A stretch of 64,000 bases of DNA. Source: Eledone cirrhosa. Its lineage: Eukaryota. Every line of letters starts with the position of its first letter. Positions within the stretch are counted from its first letter, which is position 1. The stretch is taken from positions 101,060,001 through 101,124,000 of the forward strand of contig OZ024740.1 of the NCBI GenBank assembly GCA_964016885.1, in the 5' to 3' direction. The position numbers and the translations under genes are program-made. The notes below the pieces were generated by a model that was not told the DNA's origin, did not search any database, and saw only the letters and a program-made list of their open reading frames with translations. Below are positions 13,100 through 26,940 of this stretch, one piece after another.

Positions 13100-13520
13100 T
13101 GTAATGAAATATACTACCTGTGCTCTCAGTCTTCTTCTTCCACAGGATCATTCCATTTGGATCCTTCAGTCAACTATTATCTTTCATATACATGACATGT
13201 GTGTACCAGCTCAGTCTTCTCTCACATTACAACTCATCTATCAAATATCAATTTTTCTTCTTCAGCACACTTGTGCAATATTGCTCATGCATATTGACTT
13301 TACACATCCAATGGAGAAATGCTTTCTTGATTTCTCACTAACCTTCGCACATCCTCTACATGTCTCACTATCATATAATGTCATACTTCATATATATATA
13401 CATCATAAAATTTGCTTATCATTTAAAGCGAGATGCCCTTTATTGTCAACAGATAGTAGTTACCTGAACTTTTTCTCCCTGGCTACTGTACTTTTGCAAT
13501 AACCACCTCTTCTGTGCAGT
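13100..13520 (-). mobile_element. Old RTE ORF C-terminal fragment
   Basis: Reverse complement resembles the RTE C-terminus seen at 26.2 kb (mtcrg...RNQESISPLDV...KRRLSWYTHV), heavily decayed. Confidence 0.5.
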
Positions 13521-14084
13521 TTATGTGATTTTATTTCCTAGGTGGAATTTCAACTCATAAAGTAAAATGCTGAAACAGACACTGCAAGACATCTGACACT
13601 AACAATTCTGCCAATCCAACGCTATGAACTGGCACTTTATCTTATGGGCCTCAAAAGGATAAATGACTCTTGATCCAGACAGGATTTCAAATTAGAAGAT
13701 TGAAAGTCGGTACAAAACTGACAAGGTATTCTATCTGACAGCCTAAGGACTTTGTTGGGACTACAACTGATTAGGAAAGCCGCAATGGACAGAGGATAAT
13801 TATAGACATCTAATACAATTGAACATTGATGTGACCATTAATTACACCACTTAATTAATAGTTTTCAACTATTTCAAAAGAATATTCTGGACAGTTAAAG
13901 GATTGTTACAACATAAAACCCTTGTGTATCTATAGCATTTGAAGTCCTTTTATTCAGCCAGCCTCCCTAAGATTCCACTCTCTTATTTATGCACCAACAG
14001 TTTGCACTGAGTACATTGTATAAAGTTTATACCCCTTTCTTGTCTGCATGTAAAAGTGCCCAATGTGAAAATGCTCATAATGTT

Positions 14085-14300
14085 ATAGTTTTGATTCTAG
14101 GACTGGGCAGCATGTTGTGTCCTTGAGCAAGACATTTTATTTCACATTACTACAGTTCATTCATCTGAAATAAATGAATACCAGTAGCAGCTAAAGATTA
14201 ATCCTACAATGGTCTGGTGTCTTGTACACTCAGTCACTTAATGCCAATGAAACAGGAGTAAGCTCTGGCCTGATGAGTCGCTGGGCTTTAGACAGGCCTT
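14085..14300 (+). mobile_element. Second SINE family (V-domain-like), decayed
   Basis: gtgtccttgagcaagacattttatttcaca, aatcctacaatggtctggtgtc and gaaacaggagtaagctctggcctgatgag; similar to 31790-32045. Confidence 0.6.
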
Positions 14301-15854
14301 TAAGCTTTTTTTTTACTCCTTTCTGTATTTGAAAATTAGTTATATCTAAGATGACAGTAGAGTTCTGCTTTCTTGTAAATCAATAAGAAAACGATTTTGC
14401 ACTGAAATTACTGTTTATACAGCAAAGAGTATCATAAAACAATTAAATGTTATGAATTTCAAATAGCTTCCCTTTGATTGTAGAACCTTATATTCATGTG
14501 TGTTCACTCAACTGAATTTAATAACAAAATCAAAATTTGGACAACAACTATCAAAATTATCATATTAGTTAATACCTCGCATGTGCAAGCCTGGTTATGG
14601 GATTAAGAACTCTGCTTCGAAATCACATGGTTCCTAATTCAATCTTACTCAGTGTTATGTTGAACTAACCAATGCCTTGTGAGTGAAATTTTATTGACAG
14701 ACTCTATATAAGTGCATTATATATATGTATGTGTGTGTGTATGTGTGTCTGAATATGTGCCTGAGTAGATGTGTTAATCTTTGTATGTCATCATGTTGGC
14801 ACCAGCTCAGAAAATATCACACTGTGGATGTTTGTTTATGTCTCACACTTTAGTAGTTTAATAGGTTGAGACCAGTGGAAAGAGAACCATTCTTAAAATA
14901 AGTGTAGGTTGGTATGAAGGAGTGTATCTACTTGCAGAAGACTACCTCAAAATGTTGTATCCAACCCATGCTAATATGAATAAAGAAGACATAAAACAAT
15001 GCTGATGCTGATGATTGTGATGACTTCTCAATACAACAATGTGTATTTTAATGCAAAATCTATCAAGGTGCTCGATAGAATTAATGTAATATTAAATTAC
15101 ACCAAATATAGAGTTATAATATAATGACATTTATATATAGGCTAACATTCATTCAATTTTCCCAATAGGCAATTTCTAACATAGAAAAGGCAAGACTATA
15201 TTTGGCAGTTAAAGAATTAGAAAGATTGAAATATTCTTTGCTGTCTGTTGCAATCTTTACATCTGTTTTTCTATTTTTTATGCTAAGTCAAATTCCAGAT
15301 TTATCAAGATTAGTTTTATTAAATTGAAATTTTCATGAGTTATCTTTGGTTAAGATACATTGCTACTTTATTGGTACTGTAATAGGTTTTATCTTCCTGT
15401 ATAGGAAGGCAGTAACTGCAAATAAAAATTGACTCAGGCCATAATGACTGTCCAGCCTATGTCAGCATTATAAGTAGACATAAAATGATGATGGCAACAT
15501 AGATAGCAAACTTATACAGGTTGTGATACTGTATCAAAAACTGTTCATAGGTCTGCAAATGCTAGGTGTAATGGCCTGATCTTTGATAAGAACATCTTCT
15601 GTAGTTATTTCATCAAGGGAAGACATCAGTGGTAAACCTGTTCTGGCATAAACCCAAACTGCATCTAAGGTAGTGTTCTCAAAATAAATAATATCAAAAT
15701 CTCATAGATTCAATATTATGTGAGATAATTATGTGAGGTAAAGCCTTTACCACAAAAATACAATAATAAATATAGAGTAATGTAAATGCTAAAGGGTTAA
15801 GCAAATATTCATCCTAATTGCTTGTATTATACTGTCATTCTGTTACTTTATTTA

Positions 15855-16650
15855 CTTGGTCCATCAATTTGATGTATTTGTAGTTGATCCTTTCTCATGC
15901 ACCATTCTTGTAAGAGTTAATGATACTACTCCACAAATCATAGGGTATGATTGTTCTTGTACTATCTTACTGACAATACAAGAGACTAACAAGTGCCCTA
16001 TTTCACCAGTCTTACCATCTTAGCCATTATCCAGGTGTTTCAACAGCTTTTCTACCGTCTTATCCTCAATAGCCATTTTGAACATCTAGTTATTAACTTT
16101 GGTAGCTGATCTCTCTGTTGGGTCTAATTGGAGTAGATCTCTATCTCCTATGGATTCTTCAAATTCAAGTAAACTCTAGTAATAGCATCCCGTGGCCTAT
16201 TTACACTTAGCATCAGTTAGGATGTGTACACTGCTATTATTATGCTTATATTTTTCTCCAACTATATGCCAATTCAAATTCTGCAATCTAGAAAACGTTA
16301 TGCCTCTGATTCATGTCACAGAACATTGTCAAACTTGTTACTTCAGCGTTTCTTCTACTTCATTAGACTTGACATGTAGCTTCTCTTCTTGTTCCTTACC
16401 ACTCAATTTTGTCATTATTTTAATGGCTATTTCTTAGATTTTATGATTCCATCTACTATATCACTCCACCACCATGTCACCTTGCAGCTCACTGTGATGT
16501 TACACAATCCACAGATTTTCTTGTTAAACTTCTCAGTCACCCTCTTTTCTCTTTGTTTTAAAATTCTATTTCCTCCATAATATGTATGGATAAGGGGGGG
16601 GGGGGGACTTTCAGATCCAAAACCTTCCTAGTCCAGGCTGTCCTCTTCCT
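15855..16650 (-). mobile_element. Highly decayed RTE ORF fragment
   Basis: The minus strand gives A*ERINYKYIKLMDQV near 15860-15900, matching ALERSNYRGIKLMDQV of the 41.5-41.9 kb RTE. The extent is approximate. Confidence 0.5.
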
Positions 16651-16805
16651 CTAGGTCTGTCTAGGACTTATTCAGATGTCGCTAGTAACTAGTTTATTAT
16701 GTAGATTGATATATTCTTCCCCAGGAAATATATTTAAACTGTCTGCTTCTCTTTCTCCAAAGAAAAAATAAACCCAAAACGATAATATTACACACACACA
16801 CACGC

Positions 16806-16837
<32 letters not shown>

Positions 16838-16867
16838 ATATGTATGTATATACATACATATATATCA

Positions 16868-17232
16868 GGAAAATTCTGATATAACACCTGCAACCCTGAT
16901 GGTATCCAATGATGTTGACTTGTTCTTCTTTTTGGTAAATATCGTCTTGGTTAAGAGAGTGGGACTGGCTTTGTGCAGTGCCTTTTCTCACTATAAAAGC
17001 TTCACGGCACAGGCATTGCTTTGTATCTGGAGATCTCTCTGCACTTGTCGTCACATGGTACCATGGGCCCAGCACTATGTGTCAATAATTGTCACAGGTG
17101 TAGTGTTTGTACCAGAGTTTTCAAGTCGCTGGCTGGACTAAAAAGTCACACTCGTTCAGCGCATTGGTAGGGGTTCTCCTACATGGATATAAAGTAGTGG
17201 CCGTACTCGAAACCGAGATGGCAGCCACCATG
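16868..17232 (+). mobile_element. Non-coding interspersed repeat, 5'-truncated copy of 46707-47318
   Basis: Near-identical to the reverse complement of 46707-47070, with the same 3' end (gcagccaccatg). Confidence 0.9.
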
Positions 17233-17349
17233 AATATACATACATATATACACATATATTTATGTACATCTCTATCTATCTATATTATTACATCATCATC
17301 ATTTTATGTCCATATGTATATATATATATTATTTCATTATGTAATACTT

Positions 17350-17416
<67 letters not shown>

Positions 17417-18269
17417 GTATGTATAGACATGCACACATGTATATTTATATATGTGTGTACATAAGTATTTTTTCAATCAATTTTCTTTAAAAAAATTTGT
17501 TTTATTGAATAAAGTTTCACCCCAAAGTACAATTTATTTTTAATCCCAATTTTTGTCAGAGGCAAACAAGTCCATTAGACTGAACTTGATTTAAAGAATT
17601 CTATTGAAGATGTTTACAGGGAGAATTACTATTGTAATCTCTGCACTGTTGATTTTTCTTTAGACTTAAGATTATTTTCTGTCAGTTAAAGCTTTACACT
17701 ATGCAATATGTTCCACAAGTCAGTCTGCTTTCTAATTGCAGTTCAGTGTTAAATATTACTCTACTTATGTGTCGCTGTATGAATTTATACTATTGTGTTT
17801 TGTGCATTATATCACATATTTATATATACGGGCTGGTTAATTTCCGATTAGCCCATTCCGCCGCTGACCCGTACACTTACGTGTCACTGCCGGGGAATGC
17901 AGACGACGCTCTCCAGCCATGTCTCTGCATGCGGCTGGAACATTTCCAACTTGCCCTGTGTCGATTGCGGGAGAGAACGCAACCCGCCGGCAAGGCCGTT
18001 CTGCCGCCGACCCGTTAAGTTGCAAGTCAGCAGCGTGGTAAAAGAATTCTCACGGTTTGATCTATCCTGCCAGGGGGTCCTGTCTATTATATGGTGTAAG
18101 CTTGATTGGACGACCTCAAAGATAACGGACAAGGGTGCGACTTATTGCGACTTGAGTTTCTTCTGTTTCCCAAGCGGGTAAGTTCCTGCTTACCCTATAT
18201 GTATGTGTGTAAAACAATAAACTGAAGTTGAGTATGTGAAACCATCTCTCTTTTTTCTTAGTATATAAT

Positions 18270-18311
<42 letters not shown>

Positions 18312-18655
18312 TGTGTGTCTGTGCATGCATAATAATAAACATAAGGTAAAGAGCACCAATTTATACAAGCTTCTACATAAGTAAGGTAGCATTTAATAGT
18401 GGACTTTAATTAACAACCTATTCTCAACTCATTTTTGTGTATGTCAAAATTTCTATATCTACTCAAAGGACAGCTATTGAGGTAGAAATATGTCCATAGC
18501 TGTCCCATGCCTCCACAATGTGTTTTCAACTGGGATCTACTTTTGTTTAGTATAGGACAACATTAAATAAATGATTCTACTGGTATAAAGGTTTCTGTTA
18601 TTTCATTGGGTGTGGTTGTTGTGTTGTTGTGTTGTGGGGTGGTTTGTGGTTAGGT

Positions 18656-19064
18656 CAGAGGCATAACTAGGGAAAATAGTGCCTATGGCAAGCAGTGAAA
18701 TTGTGCCCCTGCCCAGCACTGTATTTTTCCCTATGGGCCTAATAATTTATATAAATATATTTATATGGAAAAAATATATTTATATGGCAAGCATGGCATG
18801 TGCCATGGGCACCACATGAAGGGGGCAGCATATGGATGAGGAGCATGTTCTATTAAAGTCAAATAAGCTTCGTCAGAGAGTGAAAAAAGAAACTCCTTCA
18901 GATGTATGATCTGTCTCTGATTATTATGGGAGAGAACACTATGGTGGCTGGATCTGACGAGGCTTATTTGACTTTAATAGAACATACTCCTCATCCATAT
19001 GCTGGCCCCTTCATGTGGTGCCCATGGCACATGCCATGCTTGCCATACCCTAGTTATGCCTCTG
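18656..19064. mobile_element. hAT-like MITE with fold-back interior
   Basis: Perfect 17-bp TIR cagaggcataactaggg / ccctagttatgcctctg; decayed 8-bp TSD ggttaggt / agttgggt; internal inverted arms about 18783-18877 and 18953-19047. Confidence 0.85.
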
Positions 19065-19972
19065 AGTTGGGTTAATATTTGGATAAATTAGATTAATGTT
19101 TCAGGTGTGTTGTCAAAGCCATTGGTTGGCTGTATGTGTTGGTGATGCCAGTATACCTATCGTAATGTATGCCTTGTTCTACAGGAAAATACATAAAATA
19201 ACCTCAATGCCTCTCACTTTACTGTACTCTATACATAGCTTGCACCACTCTTATATGCCACTTATCTACACCCAGTTTCCTTAAAGACTACCAAATAACA
19301 GATTGTGGTACTTTATCAAACCATTCAACCATGGCATTTGCACTGACAAAGTAAGCACCAATAAATATACTGCACCAATTTAATCACCTATTGTCCAACC
19401 CATGCCAACATTGAAAGTGGATGTAAAATAATAATGATGATAATTATATCCATTTCCTATATAATTATATCCTTGTGTAAGAGTATTTGTGTTTACATGT
19501 GTATCCATGGTTTTGTGTGAGAGGGACACTGTGTGAGTGAATGTATGTGACATGATATCAAGTGCATTCTATGCAAATGAAGTCTCTTACAGAGTTTCAA
19601 TATTTAGTAATAGATCTTACACTCTCTCTCACTCTTGTTTTTTTTCCATCAGTCTCTTATTCTGTATCTGTATTTCTATTTAATGCTCTCTTTCTCTATC
19701 TTTCCCATTCTCTCTCTCCCTCTCCACCCATGAACACACACAAACATACATATAGTCACAGATAGAGAGTAACTTTATATTGATCAAATTCTTAGATTCT
19801 TAAAAAGAATGTTACTGCTATTGCATTATGAATTGGCTTCGTTAAAATAATTGTGTAATTAGCCATTACTAGGGCAACAAATTTTTTTATTTTATTCTGT
19901 CATTTATTTTTACATATTAACATTAATGGACACTTTTAGTTGCTACAATTATTTCTTCTCTCTTTTTTACAG

Positions 19973-20033
19973 CCGGATATCTTTTATACCTCTAAGTAGA
20001 ACTGGAACCCGCTTCTCAGCCAAACAGTATAAG
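19973..20033 (+). CDS. Candidate 61-nt internal exon of an unidentified host gene
   Basis: Strong acceptor tttcttctctcttttttacag and strong donor AAG|gtaagc. One frame is open: (c)RISFIPLSRTGTRFSAKQYK. The context is non-repetitive. Confidence 0.6.
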
Positions 20034-23000
20034 GTAAGCAGAGTTATGGGACTTTCAAATTGTTACCAAACCAATGAAGTACCTTTTATAAGATCACTTG
20101 ATCAATCAATCAAATCAATCAATAGGATCCAGACCTCATTCCCTTAACGAGTGGGGTGGAACTCATTAAATCAGACCAAGGAAACAATGTTTCCATTGGT
20201 CTTTCCATTGCTAATACTATCTAGCAGTTACAACTCCTTGCAGAAAGAAACATCAGAAATAAAGTGTTTTGTTCAAAGACATAAAGCATTGCTCAGTTTG
20301 GGAATTAAACTTGCAATCTCATGATTGGGAATCCAATTCTCAACCACTAAGTCAAATGTCACTCTCTAGCCAGTAAGATCACTTGACCTGCTAAACATTG
20401 CAGCTACATCTCCCTCAAATCTAATCCTTTCATCTAAAATTGTACTAAATATAAAAGAAAATAGGGTGTTTGCAGCTGGAATGCCTTAATCTTTATGTCT
20501 ACTGCATCAAAGTTGACCTGGGGTTAAACAGTAACATAATCATTGTCTCAGTATGGTTTCCATTTTCTTTTCTATAGAACTATATATAGCTGGAGCAAAT
20601 CTATCATAAAATGGAGAGTTGGTATGGTTATGGCTGAAAGTTTTATGATCATAAGTGTGATCTGGGTGTAAACAACTTCTAATTTGTTCATTTGACACCA
20701 ATGAAATGAAATCCTCCCTCAACTACAATCTTAAAGATTTTTAAATTTGTGGGACTCCTAAGAAATATTTCATTTTAATGTATAAAATTTTAGCATATGG
20801 TGTATTTGTTTAACTTTTATTTCATCTTGTTTACCCATCCGTCCGCCCATCTATCTGTCCGTCTATCTATCTATCTATTGATTTGTGTGTTCATTACACA
20901 AACCTATAAAACAAGCTAGCTTTTGTAACCTAGGTGACCTAATCAGCAGTTGGGGTAGGATGCTCTGAAAGTGTGATAGCCAAGGTAAGAACAGGCTGGA
21001 AGAAGTTTAGAGAGCCAGTGCATCTGCTAACAATAAAGGTTTTCACTCTCAAGTGAAGGCTAGATAGTATTCTCACCATCACTATGCCCACCTATGCTAT
21101 TGATCACCCCATCCATGCCCCCAACACTATTATCTCTTAACTATTCTTATCATCATTATACTTCCCTCATTTTGATACATCGGTAACAACCCCTTATGCT
21201 ATCCTCTCTAGTGCTGATGTCACTCGTACACTCTGTAATGTGGTTGATGACTGGAAGGTCACGCCACTGTTGAAAGCTTACTAAATAAAGGGTTTGGAGG
21301 ACTCTTCAGTTGTGTCAATGTTATGACAATCTCCTTAGTGTTGGTGATGTACCTGATAAACACACCCAGCTTATAGTGTAAAGAGGCTGGTGATAGGAAG
21401 GGTATCCAGCCACAGGAAGCTTACTAAAGAAAGGATGGGAGGACTCTTCAGCTGTATCAAGGATATGACACTATCCCTACTGCTGGTGACACTATAAAAT
21501 GCACTCAATAGAGTGTAGGACCATGTATAAGCAAGATGCAAGCCACCAGCCCATCTGAAATGTCAATAGCCCTCTTGAATACTGACTAAGTATGTGAAAA
21601 CTCATCCAACGCTTGCTAGCAGGTAAATGGATGTTAAATGATGGTGATGAAGATGATATATCGATATATATTAATGCATGTTATGTATAATAGTGTATAA
21701 AGAAACTCCAACATTAATTGAAAAGGCACTCAGTACTTATATGTAGGTTATGTCAACCACTTTTCCTTTTATATATGTATATGTATATATATATATGTGT
21801 GTATATATATATATATGTGTGTGTGTATGTGTGTGTGTGTATGTGTGTATGTGTGTACGTGTATGTGTGTGTGTGTGTACCAATCTAGCTATCTACTTAT
21901 CTATTATGAGTTTAATCTTATGGGTGTTGAATAAATATGTAAACTGATGTTAAATTTTGACAAAAAGTTTCTTGAGAGGCAACACCAAACATTTATTTGA
22001 AGCAACTTGCTATCATTTTTATACATTACCCCCAAAAGATGAGAAGAGTGTTTATGTTGACAGCTCAAACATTAATTTTGTTGGTCCACTATTTTTATCC
22101 CTCTCCACTGCACCTCCTATTAATTCACTCAACTGGGACATGAGGCCTGACATGTTTCTTTGAAACCTTGTAGATAAGCGACATTTATTGGAATCAATAA
22201 AATATAAATTGGCTGAAGAATGTACACTTCTTCATCTTTGTAAATGGCAACCTCATTTCAGCTGTTTCAACAAATAAAAATACTATTTTCTCTCTCCCTC
22301 TCTCTTACTTTCTATCCCATCTCTCTCCCCATTTCTCTCTCTCTTACTTTCTAACTTCCCTTTCTTTCTTTCTCTCTTACTTTCTCTCTTATTCTCTCTC
22401 ATTTCTCTTTCTATATTTCTCCCTTTCCCTCTATCTATCTATCTATATATCTATCTATCTATCTATATATCTATATATCTATATAGCTATCTATCTATAT
22501 ATATATCCATCTCCATCTCTCTACCTTCTCTCACTTCCTTTCTTTTTCTCTTGGGAATTTTAACCAAGAGGATATTAAGAACTATTGTTTTCCTTGTGGA
22601 AATGTACATCTCAAAAATTTTCCGAAGGTGTAAGCATGTGTATGTGTATGAAGAAATGTATGTGTGTTTATGCAGGTATATATATGTATGAATATATGTA
22701 AGAATGGATGTGTTTGTGATTATGTATGCATGTGTGTGTATGTGTGTATGTTTATATCTATGGGAGTGTATTTTCAGTATTTTGCATAAATCTGAACTCC
22801 ATATTGAATTTCTTGTCATATTTTATTTCATTATTTTGTTTTGTTTTTATTTATTAGATTTTTTAACACAGCCATGCTTGGAAAATTGTATTCTATGAAT
22901 TTATTGTTTAAATTGCTATTATTTTCTTTTACAAATAACAAGAAATGTTCAAGATTATGATGAATAATTAGAAACTCATAATTTGCATCCTTAATGAAAC

Positions 23001-23221
23001 TAATAAACAACCATTGATAGACAATGACTATTTTAATTTGTACATTGTTAGTGTTATTCCAGTAGTCATGCTGCAAGAAATAAATTGATGGTTTATAAAT
23101 GTAAACTTTATATCAAGGAGACTCTACATGGTTGCTGGACTAGCTAGAAGAAACAACTAAATCTTCAATTGATATCCTATTATATTGATCCTGCTGATGC
23201 CATATTTTTAATGGAAGATAC

Positions 23222-23416
23222 CAGATCTGCCCACCTCTAAAAAACCAAATGGGGTGTACCATAAAAAAGGTGCTCCAAAACAGGGAGAAATGGGGCAAAA
23301 TGGGGAGATTTTAGATAATGAAAGCTATACTTGTTTTCACAAGAGAAGGCATCTCTCACCCACCCCAAAGTGAGTGGGATATCTCCCTGTCAGACAGGGA
23401 GGAGTTGACAGGTCTG
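23222..23416. mobile_element. hAT (Tip100-like) MITE, decayed
   Basis: Imperfect TIR cagatctgcccacctct / ggagttgacaggtctg; no clear TSD. Confidence 0.55.
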
Positions 23417-24373
23417 GGACACTGTCTATTATTTTCAAATAATAACTAACTCTCTCATTATCAAGATAGTGTCTGGAACATAACATAACAGATTTTTACA
23501 TAAAATTATGATAGAATGTTTTTAGGTAAATAAGAAACATCTTAAATTCAACAGCTTAAGTATCATAGAACCAGGGGCGAATTCAGACAGATTTATATCT
23601 AAATAAGAGAAAGATATTGGATAATCCAGTCTTACGTATTCACTCAATAGATTATGGCTAAAATATATTTAATCATTTAACCTGGATCAGTGCTTCCATG
23701 GTTTGTCATTGTTGAACTGACAGGGAAACCTCTATATCAAAGGTGGCACCCCTTTTCCATTCCATGTGCCCATTTCTTCCAGGCTTGAGTTTAGATGTGC
23801 CATACAAATCATGTACCCCTCTTCAATTCTTGTATAAAATATATTAATTAATTACTGCAATATGGTGGTTTATTTACCAGTGTCATCAGAAGATTGGATA
23901 TTTGTTTCAGATCTCTGTTCTCCAAGTTTAAATCTTACCATAGTCCACTTTGCCTTTCATCCTTTTGAAGTAAATAAAGAAAGTACCTACCCAATGCTGG
24001 TGCCACCCTCTCTCTTTCCAGCTGTCTCATTCTTAATGTTCTGCTGGATCATGGGAAAGTGAATTCAGTGGGTATTTTATATCTAATCATCTAATCTCAT
24101 CTACATGGGCACCTAAAAAATCGTTAGCAAAAATATGGTATCTACTACCGAGTTCTACTCAATTGTGAATGATGGCCAGCATAGTTTTAGTTACTAACAG
24201 CAGTTGAGAATTCTTCAAATCTGAATCAATCAATAATGACCTCATTTTGTTTCTTCTCAGTCATGAAGAAAAATGTTTGTTTTCATCTGTACATCATTCA
24301 GAAATAACAGACATAACACTGAACACAGTTTGTTAGTTCTGACAAATTTTTACAGGATAATTATTGCCAGAAA

Positions 24374-24634
24374 TTAACCCATTTGAAAGCAGACTACCTA
24401 AAACCACCTCTACTTCTTCAATATTAAGTTGTTTATTTTAAAGTGTTTATATTTGTCTAAAATCCTTCCATTATAGTTTTATGCAAGAATCTACTTTAAG
24501 CTGTTCTCTAAACACCAGTTTAATAATCAGAAAGATAGTTATTTTACTAAATCTTTGTAAATTGATTATTTTCAAAATTACTTGAAAATTATAGGCAGTG
24601 TATTTCATTGGAAATATAGTAACAAAACGGATAA
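24374..24634. mobile_element. piggyBac-like MITE, decayed; partial inverted relative at about 23420-23600
   Basis: Starts ttaacccattt and ends aaaacggataa (decayed aaagggttaa). The interior is similar to the reverse complement of 23420-23600. Confidence 0.5.
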
Positions 24635-24699
24635 TCATGTCAATACCATTTTATTTTCAATAATGAATTTGTTTTCAAGTCAATAAGTTCTGTTTGTAT

Positions 24700-25200
24700 G
24701 TTACCAAGCATTTTCATGCTTTTTTATTCACTAAGTGAAAATGGATTATAAATCTGAGTATGAAGTCTGCTTCTTTAGCCAAATCATGAAAATGACTTTC
24801 AGATGACTCTTGCAATAACCTCAATTTTTTCAATGTTTGGAAAAATTGCTATTATCCTTAACATGTTCACTCTGCTCTCTTAAGAGCAAAAACCAGTTCA
24901 AATACTAAATTTCTTGCTGAGAGTTGAACATTTCTAATTTCAATTTGAATGCATTGGTATCATTTTATAAGCTAAGAAACAATGGGATTTCTGCCCTACA
25001 GTTTCAAATTTAGTTAATTGAGACAGCTTGCCACATCAAATAAAAATACTATATCAATGATATTGACAATAAAAATACCAATGGAAACATAGTTTCCTCA
25101 ATCCGATCTGGAAAATTAGCTTCTTTCTTCTTTTTTTTTTTAAATCACCATAAAATGGATCTTTCTTCAAGCAATTTATTTTACTCTTGCAGTAAATTAT
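24700..25200 (-). pseudogene. hAT transposase relic (Charlie/SPIN/GTF2IRD2-like)
   Basis: Minus strand FLFDVASCLN*LNLKL*GRNPIVS*L...NAFKLKLEMFNSQ, resembling AFL.D...HLN.LNLKLQG.....L...AFK.KL.LF. Confidence 0.6.
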
Positions 25201-26173
25201 GCACCGAATTAAGTGGAATAAAAATAAGGCTTAATCTTTAACAAAAATACAACCTTCACACATGTTACAAAAGACAAACAAAACGTAAATCAGCAGAACA
25301 ATGTTGTCAACTGTAAACTGACTGACAGAAAGCTGCAGTAGATCAGCACTGGCTGCTGCCTTAGGGTCAAATAAGTACATTAACAACAAGAAGCAGGGAT
25401 AGCCTTGTGGGCCCCATGACAATTTTCTTCCTTTTGCCCTATCCTCTCCTAGCTTTCATTATTTTTAGCGATGTGTTTCTTAGTCTTATCCTTCCTCTAC
25501 TTCCTTCAACAATCATTTCCTCTCAGTCAAGGATTAAAACAAATGTATCAATGTGAATGAACAGCTATGAACATGTATGCAACACAACACATTTAATCAT
25601 CAAATGTATCACTGTTGGTGCATATATCATATGTTGGTCATCCTTACTCTATGTGATCTGCTAGAAATAACAATTAAGTATCCCTCATATCTCATCCTGC
25701 TGCCTTAAAACGTAACAGGATAGACTCAGTCAATAATGTAGCCCTAGATATACTAAACTTGGAAAATAGAGGATATGGTTATGGGAAGAATGTTTTTGAT
25801 CATATTCTACTCAATCAGGATGGACCTCTGAGTCTCTCTAAGTGAGACTCATAAGGCCAGAGCTTATCCTGGTATTATTCATGTTGGAAGGGAAGGTGGC
25901 AAGTCTAATCTCCACAGATGCTCGTGGCACTCATTCCTTTAGCTGAGTAGATTGGATCAAAGTGCAATGAAGTGTCTTGCTCAAGGACACACATGTCACT
26001 TGGTCCACAAATCAAAACCACAAACTTAAATTTGAGAGCCCAACAAGCTAACCACTAAGTACTGTGCCTTCACAAGACTGACTTAGTAGTAAACAACATG
26101 CACAACAACCTATTGTTACAGAGTTTTCCTATATAGTTGTTTATATTTGTTTAATGTTTTATATTCTTTATTT

Positions 26174-26940
26174 AAAGGCTTCTCCCTCAGAATGAAAGGC
26201 AGACTGTATGATGCGTGTATCCGAACAGCGATGTTGCATGGTAGTGAGACCTGGGCGCTGAAGGTGGAAGACTTACGTAGATTAGAGAGAAACGAAGCCT
26301 GCATGCTCCGATGGATGTGTAACAGTAATATACGTGAACGACAAAGCATAAAGGAATTGAGAGAGAGACTGAGCATAAGAGGAATCAAATGCTGCGTGCA
26401 GGAGAGGCGGTTACGCTGGTATGGACATGTGATGCGTATGAAGGATGACAGCTGCATAAAAAGGTGCAGAGCACTACAAGTTGATGGAAACCGCGGAGTG
26501 GGGAGACCCAAGATGACTTGGGATGAGGTGATAAAAGCCGACCTTACCCAACTACACCTCTCAAAGACAATGACACACGACCGTGACTTCTGGCGTCACG
26601 CAGTAATACAGGGTACCCGGCCTCCCATGGGTACATGCTGAAGTATATAAACAATATGCCCCCACTCCCCCCCCCCCACCGCAAGGTGGTCGTGGAGGTG
26701 CCACGGCAAAAAAGCACCCAGCCCACACTGTAAAGTGGACGTGTAGGCGCCACGAAAAAGCACCCAGCACTCACTGTAAATGAGGTTGGTGTTAGGAAGG
26801 GCATCCAGCTGTAGAAATCAAGCCAGATCAGTTCCTGTATGAGCAAGGCATGGTCAGCCGACCAGACACTGCCCACAACAGGACAACCCGTCTAACCCAT
26901 GCTAGCGTGGAAGAACGGACGTAAAACGGTGATGATGATG
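26174..26940 (+). mobile_element. RTE-clade LINE, 5'-truncated young copy
   Basis: Uninterrupted C-terminal ORF (KGRLYDACIRTAMLHGSETW...RRLRWYGHVMR...GRPKMTW), then 3'UTR and (GAT)n tail. Candidate 8-bp TSD atttaaag at 26170-26177 and 26941-26948. Confidence 0.93.
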
